Positions 11,801 to 25,000 of a stretch of 34,733 nucleotides of DNA are shown in pieces. Source of the stretch: Sphaeroforma arctica JP610 (lineage: Eukaryota). Both the position numbers and the translations under genes were made by a program. The stretch is from assembly GCF_001186125.1 (NCBI RefSeq), contig NW_014040468.1, positions 47,122-81,854 of the forward strand, in the 5' to 3' direction. The notes under the pieces are model-generated. The model was not told the DNA's origin. It ran no database searches and worked only from the letters and a program-made list of their open reading frames with translations. How positions within the stretch are numbered: position 1 is the first letter of the stretch; each line of letters opens with the position of its first letter.

Positions 11801-13103
11801 TCATCGAGTCAGAGTGCGTAATTACTTCTTCGCCAATGCTATCATCACCACTGACATTGCTCAACGACTGTGGTGTTGAGGGTTGCGTGAGATCCGGCAC
11901 CACCGATTTGTCATGTGTAGGTATACATCCCACTGAGCATATAAACTTAACGGAGTGCGCCTGTGTTTGCGGCTCTTGGCCTGGCTGTAAAATAGCGTGA
12001 GAGCCTCTTGGCGGATGTTCAGCAGCTTCTCCGCCCGTGCAATTTTTTACTAACAGTTCGTCATGCACACATACACGCTCCTTACGAAGCGTGTTGATAC
12101 TCGACGCTCGCTTGCCGAAAGCATCCGATACACAATTGCTGACTGCACCAGATCCAGCGCCTTTCGATAGCGTTCGAGTGGAGGACACGCCAGCAGATTT
12201 CTCGTGGGATAACCAGGGAGTTTCTATATCATCCTTGACCACTTGTGGTACAATGATCTCCGTACTCGCATAGTCATCTATCTGCACTGGCGTATTACTC
12301 GCCGGGACAGATACAGACTGCACCACACAATCGACTGAACCGTTTTCCAACCCGTCATTGGAGCTTGATTCCGAATTTTCGACATTTGACGTAGCATTTG
12401 TGTAAGTATCCATATTTAGTTCACCACATTCCGCAGAAGTGTCCCTTGGTAGTGCCGACGATATGAGGGATGCTCCGCTGGGTACTGTGCATTCGGAGTC
12501 ATGTGGAGAAGCCAGAATGTTTGTGCAATTGCTCAGGCTCCGCGCAATGATGGCGGTACGCCTCAAATTATCGATACCTCCTTGGTCACGCGCAATACCG
12601 TTTGCAGCCGGTACAGAACTGTCAAACACAAATCCACTGGCCTGGTCCCTCTCGTCCACTCGTGGTGTCCCGTTTCTGGCCGTCACGCTGTGGTAGTCTA
12701 TTGCAGGTGCTGAACGAACTACCTGTACCAAACTTCCCTCATTATTCACACAGTTGCTATTAGCATGATTTGGCAAGGCTTCGTCTATACCACTTCTCGG
12801 CACCCTGCTTAACTGCTCGTTATAGTTTTCACTCGTACCCGTCTGGTTTGCTGTTTGTTCTAAACCCAAGTCCTCTTGCAGTAAAACCTTACCATCCCTT
12901 GGCTGCTTGAAAGGTTCGTCAGATACATTAGAGTGTGGATCTGATGAGTTGCCAAGAGTAGCGCTCTTGGCTACATTATTCGCATATTTGTGTAACGTTT
13001 CGGTCGCAGTTGATCGTCTTCTAGGCTGCAGTGGGACGAACTTCTTGTAGATTGTCTGCCTCAAACACCGAGTCGGCACGTTGATAGTTTGCGAGCCCGA
13101 CAT
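2888..13103 (-). CDS. MCMDC2: MCM domain-containing protein 2-like (catalytically degenerate MCM), multi-exon
   Basis: Phase-consistent exons: 13103-10658, 10319-10087, 9902-9803, 9496-9401, 8968-8802, 8416-8338, 7925-7836, 7329-7202, then unresolved exons between 7201 and 5084, then 5083-5004, 4240-4150, 3630-3505, 2959-2888 (stop). Motifs match MCMDC2 as recalled: PYTRSMRLVC..C...LVCKVCSGTLIEDERYRVYGTQRLI, WQFINRLVREFG, VKVALLIQLV, GTILLAGRGLCLVHEL, FEVEYSHEAMDALQGYY, LQTLFNLAMAYTRLNLRAEVMVYDAIFAILLLE. An upstream ATGCAA|gtgagt at 13841-13836 could add M-Q-R in frame. Confidence 0.85.
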
Positions 13104-14773
13104 CCTCTGTTGTGGCAGTACGTGAAAACGCTGACATTAGCATAAGTAAATTGTCGACCGTCAGCGATACGTTTAACGCTGTGATGACAGCTACATAAAC
13201 ACAGCCAGGGTGTGATCACTTGTAATACAAATAGAATCCTTATGTCAAGCATCGATACCAGACCCATTTGATAAGTCAGCCGTACTTGGCATGGAAACGT
13301 CAGTCGGGGACAAGCTCATCAGTCGAAATCTCATCCCCTGATTACATCCCAAGGGCAGCTGTGAGATCGAAAACAATACCACAAAGTATAACTGCACACT
13401 TGACGTAAATAACACCCACGAAATCTATAAACAGGAAAAACTTTGATATGTGCAGATCTTGTGCGTTACATCTCTCGCCACTGAACTAAGCCAGGTGAAA
13501 ACAGATAAGTGTTTGGGCTTGACACTGAAATGTTGTCATGGAACATTTCCCTACGACGTGCGCAGTACAATACGTCGTAGGCCGTCGCATAGAAATCGAT
13601 GGTACCGTCAGATGAATACATAGTTTTAATATACCACAATGAACACCAGCCATTGTAGTGTCCCTTGAGTCATGATTTGAACTAGCGTACAAGAACTCTC
13701 ACATACTCCATGAGAACTACACTTTAGTGACGCATACCATTCCTTCAACTCAAAAGCTCGTAAGCCGAGAATAGACCGGTCATGCACGCTTGACATCGAG
13801 CAAGCCCAAGCCAGTTACGGACTAACGATACTCACTTGCATGGTAATGAGCTCGTCCACGCTTCCTACAGATTAATCACACACGCTTCACAGTCATTTCG
13901 AGAATAGCTGCAACTTGTGCATAAAAATCTCATCACACTTGGGATCTAATTTTTCTCTACTGCAAGAAATAAAAAAGATGATTCTCGTTGCAAAGGCTGA
14001 ATGGATACCCGGCAAGCAACGTTTCGACATATATATTAGTATTTGATCATGATATTTCTCGAACACATATAAATATTAGTGGAATGATTATTCAATAATG
14101 TATCGATTGTACAACGGCCAATATTCATAAAGAAACGGATGGCGCCGTCAGATTAATGCAGGTCGACTCAGCGAAGCTCATGTATCACCTCGACTTGTCT
14201 GGCAATAGCTGAGAGCCTAGTTCATAGGTTCGATACGAATACTCACTATATTCCCACTGACCGTCCGCATACAAATACGTTTCTTATGTAGCCCACATCA
14301 TAGCATGTGCAGTGTATATGTCTACATACTACGTTGTTCATTTATATATGTAGTTCCCCCAATACTAAACCCCCCAAATATCCGTACAAAATCAAAATGA
14401 TATGTATTACGTGTGGCCCCGCTATGCGCAACGCGACTGTGAGTGGTGGGATTTCATCAGCCCGCCAACATTTTATTTAGAGATTGCGTACAATTCTTTA
14501 TTATTACACCCGTGGGGCCGTGTTATAAATACCCATTCACTCTCGCTTCAGTATGTACTATTTTTATTTATAACGTTCCGATATCAATAAGGACGCGCAG
14601 TTTGTGAAGTGTATGCAGATAACGGCTTTCAGACCTCAGATTCCGGACGTGAAAGTCTGTGCTTTTTTAGTATAAAGTAGTCAAAGTGTGTGAAGCCTAG
14701 ATCGTGCTTATATGTAATTGCCAATTACTGTAGCGATTAGAAGCGGTTTTCAACGCCGCACGCTTACGACATT

Positions 14774-17700
14774 ATGGCCAAGAAGGCACGCGCACAAAAG
14801 CGTGCACAGCGGGAAAAGGAAAGTCCAACCAGCAAACGTGATAGTAGCGAGAATGCTGAGGCTAGCGTGTCCGAATGCGACAAACACGTGGATGAGACTA
14901 TGAAGGTTAATAATGTGCGCCGAAAAATCACACACGTAACAAAGAAGATTCCCGAGATGCAGAACAAATGCTACGAGCTTTGTCTGACATGCTGCGAGCT
15001 ACTTCAGGGTGATATTACAAGCGGTGACAGTCTTGAAGTGGATGATATCGATGCACTCTTAGCAGGAGAGGATAGTAAAGATGGAGGCGGTAAGGTGTGC
15101 ACGGTAGAAGAACATATTGATCAAAAACGCTCTCACCACGTGACATACCGAATAGACAAGCGCGATGTGTGGTGCTACAAATGTGGGCACAGTGTGGACC
15201 CACAGAACTCGACTGTGCGTTCACTGGATCAAGTAGTTACTTTGATACACCAGAACTTAACCTTCTTGGGGGAACTACGGCGCACTACCAGTCCACAGAC
15301 CATGCAGAGCACGCCTGTAAGTGTAGGCCCTGCTGCAACGTCACGGACTATCTCAAAAACTCGACAAAATGCTGACCAAGAAATTGCAGGGGCATCTGGG
15401 GGCGGTATGATCAATCACATGTCAAGTTGTATTTAAATTGTGATTATAGTGATCCTCTTCGCAGGTAGATCTGCATAGCCGTATTCATAGTCAATAGTGT
15501 GTTCGCTTTTCCGTGACGTGTCTATATAGCTGGCAGCCACGCATAATATGTGTATATTGTCCCATAATTTAGTACTAGGTGTACATACATACATCTGTAT
15601 GTCAACGCAACTTAGGATAGACAAGCCTACGTAAGAGACAGAGTGCCAAACAGTGTTGCAAAATTGGATACGTGCAGACGATGTAGTTCTCAAATGCATC
15701 GACTGGAGATTTTTGTATAGCGTTTCGTTACAACAAGAGCATCTTTTTGCTGTTGAGTTGCCTTACGTCCTTCGACACCGTATTGTGCAGGTAGCTCATC
15801 GAAGCACAAACCTGTAGCATCGCCATTTCACGGCATAACACATTCGTTGGTCACTGTGTCATCCTTCCTGATTCTACTTCATGCACGCACCACCTGCGCT
15901 CTTGCAGTCACCGGTTTGATTAATCTGGGCAACACATGCTTCTTCAATGCGGTCATGCAGAACATCTGCCGGGGGGCTGGTGTAACTCAGTACTTCTCAT
16001 ACACCCGCGAGAACCGGGTCGACTGTGTGGATGGGTTCTGGCTCACTAGCGGTATCGAATCGAAGGACAATAATACAAGTGTGAACGATGATTCGAAAAT
16101 GGGCACAGATTCGAACTCACGCCCACAGAGGAAAGGCAAGTCTAAAGCCAATAGCGTGGGCGGTTTGGTTAGGAACTATGTTGAACTTGATGAGTATCCG
16201 TGGCCAATAATAGACACGTTCCGAACTTTGCTATCGGACATGAACGGCTCTTCGACCAAAGGCACCGCCAACCCGAAACGACTATTTTTGGAGCTGGTTA
16301 ATATCGCGCCAAACTTTGAGGGCTATCATCAACAGGACAGTCATGAAGCACTCAGGTATCTAATGGATGGATGGCGAACGGCTGAGAATGAGCGTAGGAT
16401 GCAAAGCGTGCCGGAGAAGCTTAAGAGTAAAGGTATGGTGCTTTGTAGGGCTATAATGATGTTAGCGGTGCGCGATTGGCATTTCCAATAGCTTCATTAA
16501 TAACGGTTGTGCTTGTAGTAGAACTAAGTGCTGTTGACTATAGAGTTCTTTAAAAAGTTACATTGTAATAGGGTACGTATCTGTGGACCCTGATAATACA
16601 GTATACGATCGCGCGCACAAGCCCACAATTATACATCCTTCCATTGCTCTTCACATCAAATCCCTGTCTGTTACAAAATATAAGACAATATACTCTACAA
16701 CTGCTCATATATGTCCTGCATTTGAATTTGTCGAACGCTCGAAACTACAGGCATGCGGGCCGAAGAACTGGGCTCATTTGTAGATACCCTGTACGGAGGG
16801 AGAACGTGCAATACAGTACTCTGTCACACGTGTCAGAAATCGTCTGTGATGTCCGAGAACTTTTTCGATCTTTCGTTACCGATGCCCAAGGTATGACTCT
16901 TATGTGGAATATGCAACGCACTGCAGACGTCGCTGACTTGCTTCATCAACGCAAGCTGAACGTTATATATATATTCTAGTCGTGATAATAACTGTAATGT
17001 AGTATCCCTTGACTTCGGCTTTTGTTGACCATATTACAAATTACTCAATGTGTGCGAGTTGCGCACCCACCAAAAGGTGCTTGGCTTTTTGCTGTGTATG
17101 TGTTCAATTTGCTTGTGACTCTAATCCATGACTAAACTCGTACAATGCATATCCAGCTCGATTACAGTGATAGCTATGCATCTGCTATAAAAACTACCGG
17201 TAGCGCACCCCGCTTGAGTAAACATCAGAAGAAGATGGCGGCACGCAACGAGAGGAAGCAGAACGCAAAAGGCAAGCGAGCTAATCGGAAGAAGACCGCC
17301 GCACAGACACATACATCTACAACTGAGAACGCGCCTGAGGCTGATCACACTGTTGCCACGGGAAATGTGGAGGAGAATGATCGTGTATCTGAGACAAATA
17401 ATGCAGCCGAATCTGAGCGGCCAAGGGAGGCTAATCGACCAATCGATTCTGTGCAGGTACCAGAGGTCGCCCAAATATCTGACACCCCTAGTACTTCTGG
17501 GACTGCTTCGATGTCTACCACCTTGATGTCTGCAGCACCAACAGAATCTGCTAACTCGGCTGATGATGATTTGGTAGGCTTCTCAAGCGATATTGCCGTC
17601 GAAAACATATATGAAGGAAGTGAAGATTGTAGACGTGCCGATCCCGTAGATGACGCTTACACTGGCCAGGAGTCTAAGGCTGATATGAGCGTCATCGAGA

Positions 17701-20325
17701 CGAGTGTGATAGCTGATAGTTTGGATGCAATCGAAGCAGCCGGAAATATTAAGGGGAAGGAAAGTTCAAAGGATATAGCTGAAGTGACCTTTACCAATAG
17801 TCGAGGATTATACAGCACCACAGTCGCTGATTGTAGAAGTGACAAAGCGGATTGTGAACACGAAGTTGTCACCGTTCGTGCGAACATGGAAGCCAATGCC
17901 ATTGTGAATAACATTTGTCGTGCAGAATGCAATGATGACGATAGGGGGTCAATTGAATTCGCGATAAAGGCGATAAGTAGCGCTGATAAATCTGAGAATG
18001 ATCATGGTGACACATTTGAAGACACTTCCATGAATAAAAAACAACTGACGGTAATTGAGTCTTTAGAGGTAGATGAAGGCGTAGAGATGGAGCAGTCAGG
18101 ACGTGATGCCAATTCTGCGACTGGAAAAATCATCTCAAGCACAACAAGTGGGAGCCCTGATACGGGTGGATCTATTACAGGGGCTGAAACGTGTCTAGTG
18201 GATGAGGATGGGTGCGATAGGAAGCGGAAATATGAACAGCAATCTCGGACGATGCACACGCACAATACTGCCACCGATAGTACCCCTACGGAGAGTCAGA
18301 CGCAAGCAGTGGAAACGAGCGTCGCTCAAAGTGTTGCCTCGGCGAACAATACGATGAACGAAGATGCTCCAGTATGTATAAGTGGAGTTGATTATGTTGT
18401 GAATCTCCCAAGTGATACTGTCAAAGAACACGTGTCGACAAGTACAATCACTGAGCAGACACTCCGGGACGAAAGTGGAGAAGATGTCGTATCAACTGTC
18501 CCTGTTGACAGTGTATTGGAAAGTATGCCATCGGACAGCACGTACTCTGGCGAGCACCTGACACAACCAGACCCCGAAGCTGCCAGTGCTCCAGCGAAGA
18601 ACGAGAATGCTGCTATACGGCCGGACGAGGCAAACCATGCCGTAACGATTAAGGAGTCACTGGACTGCGAAGATAGCTCGCCTATAACAAGTGATCAGGA
18701 TATTAGTGCGGAAACAACGCCTAGCAAGGCTAGTTCAAGTAGGCGGCAGAGCTTACCTCGTACAGCCAGACTAAATCCAAACGCTAGGATATCCCCCAGT
18801 GCGAAATCTTCGGGCTTGGGAGGCCTGTCTCTTGATGCCTGCCTGAACGCTCTTTGCTCGCCGGAGGAGCTGGTCGAAGACAACCGGTATGCAAGCACTT
18901 CTAGCTCCTAATATGTGTGTGGTATATTTGAAACCTGTATAGTGTTGCATTTTAGGTAGTATACACACACTTCTAGTTCTTAATTCAATGTCTCTCCTAT
19001 TTGTAATTTGTGTGATGTTGTATTTCAGGTGTGCGGACACGTGTGTAATAGATTGTACGAGATAGAGGTATACTCTTGTTTTTGGAAGTTGGGTGTCCGT
19101 TATCACGATTTTTCTGTGATATTCATCTGCGAACATGTGGGTGGTAGTATATGTCGACTCATAACTACAAGAATGTATTATTGTGAGTGAATGACAATAT
19201 GTACCGCTTTATTTACATTACGTATCTCTCATGCATCATTTGCTGTGTCTATTCCGGTCTTGAATCATTAGTTAATTCTCAGTCTTACCATGAGATACCA
19301 CCTTTCGTAATTAGTACAGGAGAAATTTTGCGCTCATACTGAAATCGTTTGTTGCCCTGACAGGTACCAATGCAAAACATGCAAGAGTCTCAGGGAAGCA
19401 ACAAAATGGCTGCTGGTGGACAAAATATCTCGCATACTAACAGTTCATCTGAAACGCTTCGAGGCCAGGGGCAAGCGTATGAGCAAAATTACAGACCATG
19501 TGGATTTCCCTCTGGTATTAGATCTCACTCAGTATTGTAGGTACGTCTATAGCGAATTCTCACCTTCACGACATGTGGACTCATTTACATATTCACGAGT
19601 TCTGTATTTACATATGGCAATACGATGTGAATGAGTCTGGGCCTGCTAGTGCTACGTTGTGCTGTTAGTCCATATATTTGCGAAGTTGAAAGGGTTAACG
19701 AGGTGTTCCGTGCTTGTATTTTGATATACACGTCCATAATGTGCAAACTAAATAGCCGTTATCGCGTCATCGACAATTATTTTCTTGTAAGATGGGCAAC
19801 CCTGCCGGTCAGTGGTTGCCACAAGGGACATATTACTCAATCCTTAGTCCGTTGGAGTTGTTAAATCACTGCTTACTAATCTTCTGTCACGATACTGGTT
19901 TAAAATATTGAACAAGCGCATGGCTATCCAGGGGATATGTCGACCCAGTCAAGAACCCATGCAGAGTCAGACGTTGTGGCTATGATACTCACAGACTGCC
20001 AGTGAACCGATCATCTCATATATACCCCGCAATAAACATATATTGACTTGTATCTTCTCACAATACTGTTTTACTTCCTAACAGCCAAACTTGTCGAGAC
20101 CCGGACGGCAAAGTAATTTCACAGGATTCCGCCGTACAGTACAAGCTGACAGGCATCGTGGTTCATGATGGGGGTAACTTAAGAGGTGGCCACTACACAG
20201 CGTGTCTCCGCAATAAAACATCGACAGGTTGGACGTATGTTAGCGATACGCACCATCGGGCTATAGATGAAAGTAAAGTGCTGGCATCTCAAGCATCGAT
20301 CCTATTCTACGAGCTAATGTCATGA
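14774..20325 (+). CDS. Ubiquitin carboxyl-terminal hydrolase, USP16/USP45 family (ZnF-UBP-like N-terminus, split USP domain), 6 exons, ~1147 aa
   Basis: Exons 14774-15404, 15908-16432, 16751-16890, 17157-18886, 19364-19540, 20085-20325 are all GT-AG and phase-consistent (3444 nt). Motifs: Cys box GLINLGNTCFFNAVMQ, QQDSHEALRYL, ENFFDLSLP, LTVHLKRF, DHVDFPLVLDL, His box GIVVHDGGNLRGGHYTA...WTYVSD...ILFYE. N-terminal LCLTC...H...VWCYKC. Confidence 0.92.
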
Positions 20326-20491
20326 AAGAGTGGGATAATTAAAAGACATCAATGAGACTTGGTTCGTTTTAATATGGTTTTGTGATCGTGTGGTCCTTAT
20401 CTATACGCTTATCTATGCGCTAGCTTGGTTGCGTAGTTTTTTTTAATTTGCCCAATCTGTTCATGATAATGGTCATACTGTATGTGAATTA

Positions 20492-20583
20492 TTAGGTAAC
20501 TATGGAGAATGAAGCATAGCTGTAGAGTAAAATCACCTTAGGTAACTATGGAGAATGACGCATAGCTGTAGAGTAAAATCACC
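20492..20583. repeat. Tandem duplication, 2 x 46 bp
   Basis: TTAGGTAACTATGGAGAATGA(A/C)GCATAGCTGTAGAGTAAAATCACC at 20492-20537 and 20538-20583, with one mismatch. Confidence 0.95.
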
Positions 20584-22072
20584 GATCCTGATAAATTGTC
20601 TCGAACTCCGGGGACGAGAACCACATATGCGGCCTTTGCTGAGTCAAATACACATCCAGGTTTTATTTGACATGCTTCCGAAAGTCAGAGTACTTTCTCA
20701 GTTCTAATGTTGCCTGCATAATTGCCTCAATGCAACAACAGACTTCTAGAAAGCAGTGACAATCGGGGTCTACGACGTTACATTGTTTCGGGTTATAAAC
20801 CGAATTCGTACCTTATTACCATGCGGAGAGGATACGAACGACCCTCACACTCGTTCGGGTCACCTTAGATCAGTATATTAATAATTATAAATTAAGTCAT
20901 TTATTTTAATGCCCGATGCTTTGGGACGCTAATTGTTCGCACAGCCGTGCTTCTTATTCTTCATAGCTCTTCATGTATTCCACCCATGTCTTGGATATGG
21001 ATAAACAGTATGACATTCTGTTAGCTCTATTCATATCTAGTCTAGGAAGTTGGAGCTTGTCACTATTGATTGCAGACTATTTTTACTGTTCTTGTCTCAA
21101 TTCTTTACATGCCTCACTATTGTTTGTACGAGTCTTTGCCCAGCATGTGTCTGTTTCACGTGTCTCTATTCTATACGGGTCTCTTTCCTTTGCTTGTCTC
21201 ACTTTTTTGCATCTATCTGTTTTTGCAAGTCACCTTTGTCTCTGCATGCAGCTATTCCCTATTTTCTATCTACTCTTTTACATGTCTCTTTGCTCTACGC
21301 CTACGTCTACCTATTCTGTTCATGACATCTATTCTTTGCATATTAAGTCTCATGTCTCCAATGTTTGCATCCTACGGCATCCTTGGTCTTCAACGCACGT
21401 GGTTACACATTCACTTGCGCTGTCACACACTCGACCACGTGGTCAACGCATTGGTGTGCCCACAGACACGGACAGACCCTTTCCGGCTTGATGAGTCTGA
21501 GAGGAATGCACGGAGTTTCCGACGATGTGGGAAATATCCTAGTGCCAGCGAACTTGCTATTTGTCAGCGTTGTGAACTAGATACCCTTAAGGGTCGGTGC
21601 GTGTAGCTAATCCACACGGAGCTCCTAGTTTTACACCGCGATTCTACATTTGGCGGGACTTCGGTACACTACCCTTTCGGTGCAAGCAATCGCACATGGC
21701 TTCAGGCGTACGCATACGTACACACGTGCATACCCCAACAAGGCTAACGCGTGATGGGTAAGCAGCGGACGACCGACACCAGAGCTCCTCTGGCCAATGC
21801 GAGCTCGTAGCGCAGCCGAAACTCAAAATGCTTTTGATGGATTGCACTCCCGTGCAAACAGGTGTGGTATCTGCAACAATGAGTATCTTCACAGACACTA
21901 ATAACCACCACATCACCAGTAGAGTATTGTCAGTGCTCGTCTGACCTACATGTGATATACATGCTTGTGCTCAGGTACCTACCAACCAAGACTCGTCGGG
22001 CTGTTGCCAATTGACCGTTCACCAGCATCCACAAAGCTGCCAATCAATCGCCACGCGAATTGAGGGTGGCAA

Positions 22073-25000
22073 CTACGCTGATTTATGAATCTGCTGGCCC
22101 ATGCTACCCCCATCATAGCCACGGTGCTCCATTATATTCATAGAACCCTCATGCACGTGCACAGGATTGTGCGACTGATCGCGATCGGGTATCTCTATAA
22201 TTGACGCGCTGTCATACCCATCTAGAATCGCAAAAAGAGGAAGTGTACGTAAATAAAACTAGCACGGCTCACTCGGATAGTAGTTGTAACCCGTGACCCT
22301 TTTTCAATGTCGAAATTTACATGCTGTAGTGGGTAGGTGCACCTAAGTGCTCGATTAATATTTTTCAAACTCGCTTGAGATGTGAACACTGTTTCTGATG
22401 GTATTTTCTCAGTCGGCATTTTTCACAGCTACTACATCTTCGAAATCCAACTACTATATTTACGACTGAAAACTATGCTCCGATAGACTCAACGCCACTC
22501 ATTCGGAATTACACTCGTGCAAATAGTGCACAACTGGGATACACGTAAACTGGACTATCGGTATAATTTTCTGATACTTTTCTGGAATATGTCCGTAAAA
22601 ACTATGCGAAGGATAACTTGCACTTATTTTCTGATACTTATCTGAAATATATCCGTGTAAAAACTATGCGAAGGTTGTTTAGTGCGATATAACTATGCCG
22701 TAATTTAGTAACTTGCACTTACTATATAATCACAAGTTCAAGCTCGAAAAATATTTGACATAAAGATACCTTTGTCACCTGCGGGCAATTTGTGTCGGTA
22801 ACGAACGATATGTCCGAGCTCTGATACGTTCGACTCCTTGCAGTACCTGGCCAGCCGCTTCCATTTGGGTGCGAAATAGACCAAAATTAAAGGCAGCGAA
22901 ATCTGGTGGTGCAACTCTTTTCCAGGAGTGGGCGTATTTTCCTGTGGGGTTGAGAGTGATGTGTTGAAAAGGACCAATATACACTGTATTAGTGGGAATG
23001 TGCTGCAAGTAATTGTGCACCCGCTCCAAATTAATCAGATGCGCCCATGCATGCATACTTTCGACAAAACGCGCATACAAGCACATGACAATAAAAGTTG
23101 TTACTTACTCTGCTATGTGATTTCGATATCTCTGAGTCGAAATTCTTTGTCATAGGCGGATTGCGCAATGCAGGATGAATGGACTTCTTAAGAATCTGCT
23201 GAGTCTGTCTTAGGACACCGTCGATTTCTGCGATGATGTCAACGTCTGATGAATCTTCTCCAAATGGATCTACATGTGCGTAAGCGCTGGAAACAACCCG
23301 CGAAACAAATGCAATGATCAGGAAGTGGTGTACGTCGGTTAATTACCCCGGATCTACGTAGAAACACTGCACGCAGTTCTGACTTTCAAATCAAAACAAT
23401 AGCAGAGCAGGAATTATAAATACATTTTGAACAACTACGAGGGTAAAATAAAACGATAGAAAACGGTTGTATAAAACTGCTTATAACCCCAACAATATAT
23501 AACGATCACCACGGACTAACCCTGAAGTTCACAAGCTATGCCATATTGAAATCTTGATTTTTTTGCAACTGAGAACAGGACTAGATAGTGACCAGCGTAA
23601 GAATCACTATATGTAGAAACATTCTTCAATCTTGCATTCGGGATAACAATAACTTTACTATGAGATGCATATGTAAGCGCACATGGCCGATATACTATTC
23701 ACCGAAAGCAAGTAGTGAGTATCCCGAAAGCATGATACATGCAAACTCAATTAAACAAGGTATGCAGCCGCAAGTGACGTATCAGAAATAACACGCGCCG
23801 TTGTCAGTATTGTGCGTTCACATATATTGCACACCATGTTACTTACATGCAGGATAGGCCCATGTAAGCGAACAGCACCACGATGTATGGCAAAAACACG
23901 ATCCATGCTTTCTCGGGCTTCTCTGGTATGTATGCTGTGCTATATGCCAGCAGCCCCAGCCAGGAATGAAGAGTCATGACCAGGAAGTGATAGTAACCGA
24001 GGGGTGGCGGGAATCTCTACGATGGAGTTGTAATTCGAAATACATGGGTTATAGTGAGTACGCGGAGTGCTTTGGGTGCATTCACAATCGAAATGAAGCT
24101 ATTTGTGTGGCAACTTTGCATCCGATCCCAGGTATGTGTTTGCTTGATATCTATGCAAAATATATATATGAAATCAACTGAAAAGATCAGCATTTCTTCA
24201 ACAGTAAACTCAATTCGTAGCTACCTGTACATCCTGCAGCATGGAAGTGTTGGCACGCATGGCCATTATACACTCCTGCATTTCACGAACAGACACCTTC
24301 AGGGTGCCCTCGTCTCTAGCCATCTCCAGTGAATCAAACATCCATGACGCCAGCAAATTAGTGGCTTTACCTCTGAATGTCTACAGTACCAATAAGGAAC
24401 AAAATTGATATGATTCAAGGAGCTTTATCCTATAGGAGAAGAAATACTTTCATACAAGTGATCAGTATTGTTCTATACACATGGTCACACATCCGCAGTT
24501 GCAAAATGACCTTGTGCCCGCTCGTAAAACCGCGTGTGTACTACTTTGATCTCGATTCTACAAAAAAAAACCCCCTTATGGCATCGAATATAGGTTAAAT
24601 ACAAGTACTACTCGATTTGCATCGGATATACTACCGAAATGGTGAATAGGAATAGATGCGCATCTGAGCATATTGAAGATAGCCATCTGAGCATACTACA
24701 TATAGCCTACCAACACAAAGAAGTGTAGCAGCGAGCGTAACCGAAGTAGATTGGGCTTTGACAAAAAAGGTACACAAATAGATCCCAAATCGCAATTGGT
24801 TCTTTATTTGTGCCTGATTATACAACCTGCGCAAAGATCTATGAACTGCAGTAGGAGTGTATTGTCTAGCTTTGAGTCCGTCGAATAGAGTTCTCGGACT
24901 TCCAATATTCACAGAACATGATCGAAAATATTTACATATGAAGATCCTTGATACGGTCTAAGAACATGAATACAATGGGCTAATGTATGCGTATGTATGT

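Noticed and set aside
11384..12713. Several plus-strand 60-90 aa ORFs
   Set aside because: Antisense shadows of the long MCMDC2 exon with no motifs. The same applies to the minus-strand ORFs at 17121-18898 over the USP exon.
20492..20583. CRISPR-like repeat
   Set aside because: Two abutting copies without a spacer, eukaryotic context, no cas genes.
20973..21491. Hydrophobic 172-178 aa ORFs as membrane proteins
   Set aside because: T/C-rich composition depletes stops in all three frames and yields Leu/Phe/Ser. No family motif.
24008..24016. RFP tripeptide as the bestrophin RFP motif
   Set aside because: It lies at the position of the later IPLxY segment, not the canonical RFP site. Coincidental.
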